From Longivirga aurantiaca (GTDB lineage: Bacteria; Actinomycetota; Actinomycetes; S36-B12; CAIYMF01), in assembly GCF_042660085.1 (NCBI RefSeq), contig NZ_JBHSTI010000029.1, positions 1 through 22,995 of the forward strand: DNA of 22,995 nt, written 5' to 3'. Position numbers and translations under genes: made by a program. This document shows positions 14,412 through 22,201 of the stretch, one piece after another. Numbering within the stretch: position 1 is the stretch's first letter; every line of letters begins with the position of its first letter. The notes under the pieces are model-generated. The model made no database searches. It worked only from the letters and a program-made list of their open reading frames with translations, and was not told the origin of the DNA.

Positions 14412-14789
14412 TCATAGGTGCTCACGGTGGTTGTCAGGCCGGCAGCCCGTGCGAGCGACCCAGTCCAAGAGTCGTTGCCGACCGGCGTCGAAGGCGTCGT
14501 GCCAGCGCAAGGGGGCGCTGCCGTCGGCGTCGGGCGCGTAGGAGTGCTGCCAGGCGGTGTGGAGCGCGGAGAGCTCCTCGATGAGCTCGCCGTGCAGGGC
14601 CCAGCAATCGGGCAGGTGGCGGTGGTCGAGGTGATAGCGGCCGCGCAGCCAGTCGATCCAGTCCTCGAGCTCGGCGAGGGCGTCGTCGGTCTCATCGGCG
14701 CTCAGGGTCGGCCAGGCAAGGGCGAAGGCGGCGAACGGGTCCACCCGCCGGTTCGTCGTGCCCGAACGGTAGGGCTGGTTGGAGGTCAT
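14412..14789 (-). CDS. Hypothetical 125-aa protein translationally coupled to the relaxase (possibly DUF4913-like)
   Basis: ATG 14789 overlaps the relaxase stop TGA 14788-14786 (ATGA). Third-position GC is high. The Trp/His-rich pattern LPDCWALHGELIEELSALHTAWQ is reminiscent of small proteins found next to actinobacterial relaxase and T4CP genes, but the family assignment is unsure. Confidence 0.62.
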   Translation of the reverse strand: MTSNQPYRSGTTNRRVDPFAAFALAWPTLSADETDDALAELEDWIDWLRGRYHLDHRHLPDCWALHGELIEELSALHTAWQHSYAPDADGSAPLRWHDAFDAGRQRLLDWVARTGCRPDNHREHL

Positions 14790-17700
14790 CGCTGTGGTCC
14801 TCTCACGTAGCGGTTGGTGGAGCGGGGGGCGCTCGGCGGGTCGTCGTGCGCATCGGCGGCGGGGTAGGGCGGTCGGGTGTCGGCGAGGGTGGCACGCACG
14901 GCGTCGCGCTCTCGCTGGCTCGGTCCGCTCGTCAGCTCGCGCAGGCGCTCGGTGGCAGACCGTTCGCGGCCAGTGCTGGCAAGGATCGTGCGCAGCTGCT
15001 CCTGCGCGTCCGGGGCGTGGCGTCCGGGGTCAGGCAGGTGCTCGCATCCGTCGTCGAGCGGGTCGACGGGCACGTAGACGTGGTTCGAGTGCCGGCCACG
15101 GGTCAGCCCGACGTACAGCGACTCACGGGTCATGCCCTCGGTGGCCAGCAGATGGGTGTGGTCGACGGTGAGTCCTTGGGCCCGATGGATGGTGGTGGCG
15201 TAGCCGAGCTCGAGGTGGCGGCGCACGTAGTCGGCGGGCACGCGAACACGGTCCTGGCCGTTGCCTTGTGGGCCGGTGCCGGACTGAGCCGCGAGGTCGG
15301 CGCTGCCGTCGGCGTGAATGGTCGTGAGAGTCCAGCGGGTGCCGTTGCGGACATGGCCGCCCGCGGCGGTGGCCAGGCGGCGGTCGTTGCGGCGGGTCAC
15401 GACGAGGTCCCCGGTGCCGGCTTGCAGTCCATCGGCGAGGCGGACGGTGGTCGTATCGTCGACGAGACCGGCGGCGACCCGGTCGGAGCGGGCACGGAGG
15501 TTGAGAGCGGCGACCGTCGCGCCATCGGCTGCGAGCAGCAGCGCCGACGCGCCACCACGGCTGTCGCTCGCCCAGGCGGAGTAGGCAGCGTCGAGGACGT
15601 CCAGGGGCCCTCCCTCATGGATGCGCCCGTGACGGTCGTAGGTCGCAAGGGCACCGGGATGCCCCTCGCGCAGGGCCCGGTTGGCGTGGGCCTCCCACCG
15701 GTGGGTGAACCTCCACAGCGACCGCAGCCGGTGCGCGGCACCGGTGGTGGCGAGCAGGCCGAACGCGCCGCCTGCGTCGACTGCGCCGAGCTGGTGGTGG
15801 TCGCCGACGAGCAGCAGCTTGGCCCCCGCGGCAGCGGCTTGAGCGGCGAGGTCGTCCAGGGCCAGTGTGCCGGCCAGGGACGCCTCGTCGACGACGAGCA
15901 GCGTCCCGGGTCGCAGCCGCCACCGGTCCTGCTGCGCGTCGAGTCGGGCCAGCGCGGTGTCGACCCGCCGCACCGTGCGCGCGTCGCCCGCGCTGGTCGC
16001 GGCGGTGCGCCGTTCGAGCAGGCCCGCGTGCACGGCCGCGCGTTGCTGGGCGGCGGGGCCGGTGGATTCGTGCAGCCACTTCGCGGTGTTCTCGCACGGC
16101 ACGCCGAGGGCGTCGGCGAGCTCGTGCGCCGCAGCCGCCGATGGTGCCAGCCCGAGCACCGTGCCGGGGCCGTGCACGTTCTCCCATGCGGTCCGCAGGG
16201 CGCGCAGGGTGGTGGTCTTCCCGGTCCCCGCCGGACCGACCAGGACATCCAGGGCCCGCCGCGAGGTGGCGATGCCGATGACGGCGTCGACCTGGTCGCT
16301 GGCGAGGCGCACGTGGCGACCCCCGGGGTGACGGGGTGGCTGGACCGCGACCGCTGCGGTGCGGGCGACCGTCTCGTCCACGCCGGGGCCGAGCTGGTCG
16401 TCGGCGGCTGCCAGCAGGCGGGCCTCAGCGTCCAGGATGACCCGGTGGCTGAACCGATCCTCGTCCGGTCGGTCGAACACCGTGGTGCCGTCGGGGCGGC
16501 GCCACCCCTCCGGCACGGTCCACCGGTCCGGCGCGGTCAACGGCACGCACCCGGCCAGGGCGGTCGCGACGACGCGGTCGTGAAGGGCGATCCGCTCGGC
16601 CGCGTCCGGCAGCCGCAGACCGCGGGTCGCCCGCGCAGCCTCGGCGAGCAGGTTCCACCGGGTCCAGGTCGAGCGCCGCGCCAGCACCGCGTCCAGGGCT
16701 ACCGCGGCGAGGTACTCGACGAAGTCGTTGGTGACACTCGGACGGGCTGTGTGGGTAGGGCGTTGGTGCAGGCGGCTTCGGAGCGTCCCGCCGACTCGTG
16801 CCGGGCCGCGCCGGCGTCGGTTGCCGACGGTGGAGGTGTCGTCGCTGGTCAGGTTCGCGTGACGGAGTCCGTGACGAAGTGCCCCGGTGACTCCGTCAGT
16901 GTCGTGACGGACTCCGACGCGACGAGGACCCATGGCGGCGGTGAACGCCGGTGCTGTCGCGTGCTGGTTGCTCCACGCCGGGGCGAGGAGCGGATGCGGG
17001 GCGCGGCGCAGCAGGCGGCGGGCTCGCTCGCGCCACCATGCCATCAGCTCGGGCAGCGGTCGCATCGTCTTGGCCGGGCGGGTCGCTGTGGTCAACTGCT
17101 GGCGCAGCCGGGTCGTCTCGATCCGGTTCGGTCCGCGTCCGTGCTCGGCGTGGAAGGCGACCAGGGCGTCGGTCATCGCGGTGGCGATCGCCGCCGATCG
17201 GGTCGAGAACTCGGTGAGCAGGTCGTCGGGAACGGCATCGAGCTCGAACGCCGGGGTGCGCCGAGGTCCGCGGTCCCGCCACCCCCACGAGGACCCAACC
17301 CTGTGGCTGGTGAGCTGGTCGAGCGCGGTCGTGAGGTGGTCGGCGAGCAGGTTGTCGTAGAGCTCGGACACCGCGACCGCGGCGTGGTGCAGGGCCCGGG
17401 AGTCCAGCGACCGCCACACCCCGTCGCGGCCCTGGACCTTGTTCGCCACCACGACATGGGTGTGCAGGTTCGGGTCGCCAGTGCGGGTGTCCCAATGATC
17501 GAACAGCGCGGCGACCATCCCGCGGGTCGGGACCTGGGCGATCGAATTGTGCCCGATCCTGGTGAACACCGCCCGGTCCTCCATGAACGCGAGCGCGTCG
17601 CGGACCGCAGCCCGATGCGCGGCGACCACGAGGGCTTGAACGTCCGGGTCGGCCAACGCCCACAGCACGCTGGCCGACTTTGGTGCAGTGAACGTGAGAT

Positions 17701-18112
17701 CGAACCCGGCAACCGCGACACGCGGCCGCCGTGCGGCCTCCAACCGGGTGATCACCTCGACCGCCGCAGCGCGGGCGGAGTCCGTCATCGACTCCGGCAG
17801 CGCCGCGACGGAGTCGGCGATGCGCTGCGCCTGGCTGCGGAACGCCAAGTAGGGGCGGCCCAGCGGCGTTCCGCTAGTGGGGTGCTGGCCGTGGCCGTAG
17901 AGGCGGGCCATGCCTTCCTCGGTCACGGCTGCGCCGGACGCGATCCCGAGGCCGGTAAGCCCGGCGCCGTACCAGGAGCCGGGCGGATAGCCCGACGCTG
18001 TGTAGTACGCCGTCAACGGTGTCGAAGGGTCTCGTTGCACGTCACCGCAGGCGGTGTGGCGCAACAGGTACTGGTACCCCGCGCCCGCGGACATACGCGC
18101 CATGGACATCAC
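14786..18112 (-). CDS. MobF/TrwC-type relaxase fused to a RecD/TraA-like helicase
   Basis: The N-terminus SAGAGYQYLLRHTACGD carries the catalytic Tyr region. The histidine triad is FDHWDTRTGDPNLHTHVVVANK. Helicase Walker A is LVGPAGTGKTTTLRAL and Walker B is LLVVDEASLAG, with VGDHHQLGAV and YATTIHRAQGLTVD also present. The start could be GTG 18112, ATG 18109 or ATG 18103. Confidence 0.92.
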   Translation of the reverse strand: MMSMARMSAGAGYQYLLRHTACGDVQRDPSTPLTAYYTASGYPPGSWYGAGLTGLGIASGAAVTEEGMARLYGHGQHPTSGTPLGRPYLAFRSQAQRIADSVAALPESMTDSARAAAVEVITRLEAARRPRVAVAGFDLTFTAPKSASVLWALADPDVQALVVAAHRAAVRDALAFMEDRAVFTRIGHNSIAQVPTRGMVAALFDHWDTRTGDPNLHTHVVVANKVQGRDGVWRSLDSRALHHAAVAVSELYDNLLADHLTTALDQLTSHRVGSSWGWRDRGPRRTPAFELDAVPDDLLTEFSTRSAAIATAMTDALVAFHAEHGRGPNRIETTRLRQQLTTATRPAKTMRPLPELMAWWRERARRLLRRAPHPLLAPAWSNQHATAPAFTAAMGPRRVGVRHDTDGVTGALRHGLRHANLTSDDTSTVGNRRRRGPARVGGTLRSRLHQRPTHTARPSVTNDFVEYLAAVALDAVLARRSTWTRWNLLAEAARATRGLRLPDAAERIALHDRVVATALAGCVPLTAPDRWTVPEGWRRPDGTTVFDRPDEDRFSHRVILDAEARLLAAADDQLGPGVDETVARTAAVAVQPPRHPGGRHVRLASDQVDAVIGIATSRRALDVLVGPAGTGKTTTLRALRTAWENVHGPGTVLGLAPSAAAAHELADALGVPCENTAKWLHESTGPAAQQRAAVHAGLLERRTAATSAGDARTVRRVDTALARLDAQQDRWRLRPGTLLVVDEASLAGTLALDDLAAQAAAAGAKLLLVGDHHQLGAVDAGGAFGLLATTGAAHRLRSLWRFTHRWEAHANRALREGHPGALATYDRHGRIHEGGPLDVLDAAYSAWASDSRGGASALLLAADGATVAALNLRARSDRVAAGLVDDTTTVRLADGLQAGTGDLVVTRRNDRRLATAAGGHVRNGTRWTLTTIHADGSADLAAQSGTGPQGNGQDRVRVPADYVRRHLELGYATTIHRAQGLTVDHTHLLATEGMTRESLYVGLTRGRHSNHVYVPVDPLDDGCEHLPDPGRHAPDAQEQLRTILASTGRERSATERLRELTSGPSQRERDAVRATLADTRPPYPAADAHDDPPSAPRSTNRYVRGPQR
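16858..16919. repeat. Cluster of direct and inverted repeats (CGTGACGGAGTCCGTGACG / GACTCCGTCA / CGTGACGGACTCCG) inside the relaxase interdomain linker
   Basis: Read directly. 16860-16869 (tgacggagtc) is perfectly complementary to 16889-16898 (gactccgtca). 16905-16914 (tgacggactc) pairs 9/10 with the same arm. cgtgacg occurs at 16858, 16870 and 16903. Confidence 0.8.
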
Positions 18113-18360
18113 GACCCCTCACCACCAGGCGCGCTGGGCGCGAGATCATCCACACCTCCAAGATGTGCGGCATACGGCCTCGACAGCGCGCCGTCAGCGG
18201 CCGGCCGCTCCTTGGAGCCAGAGGAGTGGAAGCTGGTCCTGAGCAGCTCGCTGCGCCAACGTTCCGCAAGGGGAAGCCGGACGGTCCGATGGTTGCGCGG
18301 CGGTCGGCCGCCGCTGATGGACCAGGTCGGTCGGGAGGGCCGTTCGCCGATGTCAGTCAC
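18109..18360 (-). CDS. Possible 83-aa ORF coupled to the relaxase start (candidate relaxosome accessory protein)
   Basis: The open frame ends at TGA 18111-18109, inside GTGATG at the relaxase start. A GTG lies at 18360. No motif recognised, third-position GC is only moderate and the RBS is weak. Confidence 0.22.
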   Translation of the reverse strand: MTDIGERPSRPTWSISGGRPPRNHRTVRLPLAERWRSELLRTSFHSSGSKERPAADGALSRPYAAHLGGVDDLAPSAPGGEGS

Positions 18361-18423
18361 GGTTACCCCGCCGGGGGTGACGGGGGTGGTTGGCGAAGGC
18401 GGCGATGGACTGGGACATGGGGT

Positions 18424-18453
18424 GATCCGTCCGATGGTCGTGTCGAGCGGATC
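18424..18453 (-). terminator. Hairpin overlapping the stop of the amidotransferase gene
   Basis: gatccg (18424-18429) pairs with cggatc (18448-18453), with inner cga/tcg pairs. It lies at the 3' end of the - strand operon. Confidence 0.3.
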
Positions 18454-19189
18454 AGGCGTCGGTACGGCGCTGCGACGCCGCCTCCACGAGAGCACTGAAG
18501 AAGGCGGCCTTGCGTGGCTTCTCGGGGTGCCACTGGACCCCGAGCGCGAACCGGTTGGCGGGCCACTCGAGGGCCTCGACGCAGCCGTCCGAGGTGGCCC
18601 GCGCCGCGACGGTGGCACCTGCCGCGACTGTCGCCACGCCCTGATGGTGGTGGGAGTTGGTCTGCAGGGTGTCGGCACCAACGATGCCCGCCAGGATGGT
18701 GCCCTCCTCCACCTGCGTGTCGTGGAACGTCGTGTGGTCCAGGTGCCCGGGTGCCGGTCGGTGGTCGGAGAAGCCCTCGTGCACAAGGTCCTGGTGCAGC
18801 GTCCCGCCGCCCGCCACGTTCATCACCTGCAGGCCGCGGCACACGCCGAGGAGGGGCACGTCCCGCTCGATCGCGCGGCGGACGAGCGGGATCTCGCAGC
18901 TGTCCCGCACGTGCGAGGTCTCCTCGAGCAGCTCGTGCGGGTGCTCGCCGTACTCGAGGGGGTCGAGATCGGCTCCGCCGACGAGAATGAGGCCGTCGAC
19001 GCGCTCGAGCACCTGGTCCATCGCGTCGGGGTCGCCGCCCCCGAGCGGCGGTACGACGATCGGCAGCACTCCCGCCTCCCAGACCGCCGCGAGGTAGGTG
19101 TCGGCGACCAGGTGGGCGTGCTCGTGCCAGAACCCTCACTGCGCCGTCGTGAACACGGCAGGGATCCCGATCACCGGTCGCGTCGTCAT
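18452..19189 (-). pseudogene. Gamma-glutamyl-gamma-aminobutyrate hydrolase family (class I glutamine amidotransferase, peptidase C26) interrupted by an in-frame TGA
   Basis: ATG 19189 gives MTTRPVIGIPAVFTTAQ, then TGA (19138-19136), then in the same frame GFWHEHAHLVADTYLAAVWEAGGVLPIVVPP...GVCRGLQVMNV...HHHQGV (catalytic Cys and His). The 205-aa ORF start at 19069 is an internal GTG (Val). Confidence 0.8.
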
Positions 19190-19224
19190 GCTGCATGCAT
19201 CTCCTCGCTCGTGCTCGCGGTCGA

Positions 19225-20706
19225 TCAGATGGGCAGCGTGGGGTCGTCCAGGCCGATGGTCCTGCGGCCCTGGAAGAACCGAACCATGTCGGTCGGCCCG
19301 TGCCCACCGATTCCGGCGTTGTTCCAGAAGCTCTGCTCCGAGCCGTCGGCGAGGTCGGCGAGCTTGCACCCGTTGACGCGGACCTCTCCCGCCGGGATGC
19401 GCGCGGCCACGTCGAGTGCGGCGGCGGTGTCCGTCCCGAAGACGAAGCCCGCCAGGCCGGTCTCCGGGCCGTCCGCCGCGGCGAGGGCGTCGGCGGTCGT
19501 CGGGACCGCGTGGACGGTGATCGCCGGGCCGAACAGCTCCCGGGTCGATGCGGCGGCGGGCAGCCCGACGATCAACGACGGCACGAAGAACCAGCCGTCG
19601 AGGTCCGGGATCTCGGCCGCGGCCAGGCGGGTGCCGCCTGCCGCCACCAGCCGCCCGACCTCCTCCTCGACCCGGGAGCGGTGCAGCTCGTACGCCAGCG
19701 GCCCGACGTCCGTCGCCTCGTCGAGGCAGTGACCGACGACGACCGAGCCGAGCCGGTGGAGCAGCGCCTCGACCAGCGGGTCGTGCAGGTGCTGCGGCAC
19801 GAGGACCTTCCCGGGCGCCTCGCACCACTGCCCGTTGAGCTTGGTCATGCCGTCGACGAGTGCCGCCGCGGTGAGCTCGATGTCCGCGTCGTCGAGGACG
19901 ACCGCCGGGTTGTGGCCGCCGAGCTCCAGCTGGAGGGCGGTGAAGTGCGGCGCCGCGGCGGTGGCGACCGCGCGACCCGCAGGTGCCCCACCCGTGAAGG
20001 AGATGGCGCGCACGCGCGGGTCCCCGGCCAGCTGGGAGCCCACTGCTGCGGCCCCGTGCACCAGCTGGAACGTCGCCGGTGGGAGTCCGTGGCGGCGCAC
20101 CACGTCCTCGATCACGTCGGCGACGATCTGGCATCCGCCGGGCGCCCACTCGGACGGCTTGAGGATGACCGGGCAGCCGGCGGCGAGGGCGCTCGAGAGC
20201 TTCGCCACCGCGACGAAGGTCGGTGCGTTCCACGGGGCGAGCACGAGGGCGGGACCGAGCGGACGGCGCAGGAGCACCACGCCGCGGTCGGCGTCGAGCA
20301 CGTCCGACTCGCCCACGGAGCGCAGCTGCTCGAGCGAGCCGAGCACCCGCGGGCCGATGTAGGCGGCCATGGATCGCGCCACCCGAATCGCGTTGCCTGT
20401 GGACAGCGCGTCCTCGTAGGCGAGGTCGGCCGCACGCAGCGTCAGGCCGGCGGCGATTTCCTGGAGGACGGCTGCGCGCGCATCGATCGACACCGTGGCC
20501 AGCGCCCCGCTGCGGTGCAGCGCGTCCGCAGCGGACAGGGCACGCTCCACCTGGTCTGGGGCCGTTGCGAGCTGGGGCGCCAGCACGGCACCGGTGTTCG
20601 GATCGGCGAGCGAGCCCAGGGTCACGGAGGGCTCCTGCCAGGCTCCGTCCACCAAGTCGACCTGGGGTCGGGGCGGCTGCAAGGGGGGGAGGGTCGCCAT
20701 CGTCAT
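19225..20706 (-). CDS. NAD(P)-dependent aldehyde dehydrogenase (intact)
   Basis: Motifs LQLELGGHNP, NGQWCEAPG (catalytic Cys) and RELFGPA are present. The preferred start is ATG 20706 (GAGGA at 20715-20711) rather than GTG 20739, which has no RBS. Confidence 0.87.
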   Translation of the reverse strand: MTMATLPPLQPPRPQVDLVDGAWQEPSVTLGSLADPNTGAVLAPQLATAPDQVERALSAADALHRSGALATVSIDARAAVLQEIAAGLTLRAADLAYEDALSTGNAIRVARSMAAYIGPRVLGSLEQLRSVGESDVLDADRGVVLLRRPLGPALVLAPWNAPTFVAVAKLSSALAAGCPVILKPSEWAPGGCQIVADVIEDVVRRHGLPPATFQLVHGAAAVGSQLAGDPRVRAISFTGGAPAGRAVATAAAPHFTALQLELGGHNPAVVLDDADIELTAAALVDGMTKLNGQWCEAPGKVLVPQHLHDPLVEALLHRLGSVVVGHCLDEATDVGPLAYELHRSRVEEEVGRLVAAGGTRLAAAEIPDLDGWFFVPSLIVGLPAAASTRELFGPAITVHAVPTTADALAAADGPETGLAGFVFGTDTAAALDVAARIPAGEVRVNGCKLADLADGSEQSFWNNAGIGGHGPTDMVRFFQGRRTIGLDDPTLPI

Positions 20707-20773
20707 CCGGTCCTCGGGGTCGGGTCGGTCGAGGGCCACGGGATCGGCTGCCGCACGTACGTGGATCGAGCCG

Positions 20774-21889
20774 TCATGCCGCGCCTGCTCCGAAGCGGAG
20801 CACCACGCGGACGGTGCCGGGGTCGCGCATCCGTCGGAGACCCTCGTTGATCTGCTCGAACGGCAGCACCGCGGTCACCATGCCGTCGAGGTCGAGACGG
20901 CCCGACCGGTAGTGGTCCACGAACATGTCGACGTCGCTGAGGAAGCGGTTGGCGCCCATGTACGCGCCCTGGATCCGCCGGTCGCCGTACACGAGGGCGT
21001 CGGCGGAGATGCCGATCGTGCGTCCCTCGGGCATGAGGCCCAGGATCGTCGCCGTCCCGGCGGGCGCGAGCAGGTCGAAGGCCAGCACCGCCGTGGCCGG
21101 GTTGCCGACGGCCTCGATGGCGTGCGAGACGCCTCCCGGCACCAGCTCGTGCAGCCGGCGGACCACCTCGGCCGGGTCGCCCTGCGAGACGAGGGTGTCG
21201 GTCGCGCCGAAGCGTCGCGCCAGCTCGAGCTTCGCCGGCTGGCTGTCCAGCGCGACGATCCGGCGGGCCCCGGCCAGCCGCGCGCCCTGGAGGGCTGCGA
21301 TCCCGACGCCGCCGCACCCGATGACCGCCACCGTGTCCTCGCTCGTGACCTTGGCACCGTGGACCACCGCCCCGACCCCCGTCGTAACGCAGCAGCCGAG
21401 GAGGCAAGCGACGGCCGAGGGAACGTCGTCCGGCACGACGGCGAGGGCGTCCTCGGAGGCCAGGAAGGCCTCGCCGAACGCGCCCATACCCCCCAGCGCC
21501 TGGACCGGAGTGCCGTCGGGGAGGGCGAACCGCGGGCGGGGGCGGGCGCGCACCTCGGCCACGCGGCCGCACTGCGTCGGACGTCCGGCCAGGCAGTGCG
21601 GGCACCGTCCGCACGAGGGGGTCACGGTGGCCACCACGCGTTGCCCCACCCGCACCCGGCTGACCTGGGCCCCGGCCGCCTCGACGACGCCGGCGACCTC
21701 GTGCCCGAGGACGGCCGGCCGGTCGATGCCCAGCGCACCCTCGACGTAGTGCACGTCGCTGTGGCACAGCCCCACGTGCTCGGTGCGGACCACGACCTCA
21801 CGATCCATCGGATCGTCGAGCAGGACCTCGGTGAGGACGAGGCGGTCGCTGCCGTCGAGCAGGAGGGCGGCTGTGATGGGAAGGGGCAT
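20774..21889 (-). CDS. Zinc-dependent alcohol dehydrogenase (MDR family)
   Basis: GLCHSDVHYVEG, GHEVAGVVEAAG, the structural-zinc region CGRCPHCLAGRPTQC and the Rossmann VIGCGGVGIAA are present. ATG 21889 has GAGG 7 nt upstream. Confidence 0.9.
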   Translation of the reverse strand: MPLPITAALLLDGSDRLVLTEVLLDDPMDREVVVRTEHVGLCHSDVHYVEGALGIDRPAVLGHEVAGVVEAAGAQVSRVRVGQRVVATVTPSCGRCPHCLAGRPTQCGRVAEVRARPRPRFALPDGTPVQALGGMGAFGEAFLASEDALAVVPDDVPSAVACLLGCCVTTGVGAVVHGAKVTSEDTVAVIGCGGVGIAALQGARLAGARRIVALDSQPAKLELARRFGATDTLVSQGDPAEVVRRLHELVPGGVSHAIEAVGNPATAVLAFDLLAPAGTATILGLMPEGRTIGISADALVYGDRRIQGAYMGANRFLSDVDMFVDHYRSGRLDLDGMVTAVLPFEQINEGLRRMRDPGTVRVVLRFGAGAA

Positions 21890-21903
21890 GCGATTACCTC
21901 GCG

Positions 21904-22200
21904 TCAGGGGATGGCGGTGATGGCACCGAGCTCGGCCGCGCCACCGGGCGAGCCGAGCGGGGAGTCATGGCCGGGCAGGACCTCGACGAAGAGGCGTCGC
22001 GCGCGATCCAGGTCGGCACCGCTGTCGGCGAAGGTGATGGCCTCGACCGGGCACTCCGGCTCGCAGGCGCCGCACTCGATGCACTCGGTGGGGTGGATGT
22101 AGAGCTGGTCGCCAGCCTCATAGATGCAGTCGACGGGGCAGACGTCGACGCACGAGCGGTCCTTGCTCGTGGCGCAGACCTCGGAGATGACGTAGGGCAT
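21904..22200 (-). CDS. 7Fe-type ([3Fe-4S][4Fe-4S]) ferredoxin, FdxA-like
   Basis: [28 protein letters not shown]...[16 protein letters not shown] matches the actinobacterial FdxA cysteine pattern. ATG 22200 lies 1 nt after the upstream gene's stop. The longer 134-aa ORF start is rejected. Confidence 0.85.
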   Translation of the reverse strand: MPYVISEVCATSKDRSCVDVCPVDCIYEAGDQLYIHPTECIECGACEPECPVEAITFADSGADLDRARRLFVEVLPGHDSPLGSPGGAAELGAITAIP

Positions 22201-22201
22201 G

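Larger units (their letters stand above)
1..18423. mobile_element. Transfer region of a T4SS-type actinobacterial conjugative element (ICE or plasmid). The left end lies outside the window and the right end is uncertain, somewhere in 18113-18451.
   Basis: It contains VirB4-like ATPase, VirB6-like, T4CP, cell-wall hydrolase, ArdC-like and MobF relaxase-helicase genes. Housekeeping-type catabolic genes begin at 18452. No integrase or att repeat was seen. Confidence 0.7.

Noticed and set aside
14167-14541. 124-aa + ORF
   Set aside because: Its 3' third runs antisense through the well-supported 14412-14789 gene. The product is Arg/Ser/Pro-rich, and it is kept only as part of the orphan-region observation.
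19136-19138. TGA as selenocysteine or programmed read-through
   Set aside because: The family has Trp, not Cys/Sec, in this region, and I see no SECIS-like hairpin immediately downstream. A TGG-to-TGA point change or a sequencing error is simpler.
14846-19732. 1628-aa stop-free ORF on the + strand spanning 4.9 kb
   Set aside because: It runs antisense to the motif-rich relaxase, amidotransferase and aldehyde dehydrogenase genes. Its product is Arg/Gly/Pro/Val-rich with no recognisable motif. Long antisense open frames are expected in DNA this GC-rich because stop codons are A/T-rich.
19136-20233. 365-aa - strand ORF
   Set aside because: It is out of frame with, and overlaps, the intact aldehyde dehydrogenase, and it is Arg/Gly/Pro-rich. 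Only its last 17 codons (19189-19139) are real, being the N-terminus of the amidotransferase pseudogene.
19195-22102. + strand ORFs 19195..20850 (551 aa) and 20495..22102 (535 aa), and - strand 20703..21767 (354 aa)
   Set aside because: These are antisense or out-of-frame shadows of the aldehyde dehydrogenase, alcohol dehydrogenase and ferredoxin genes, with no motifs.
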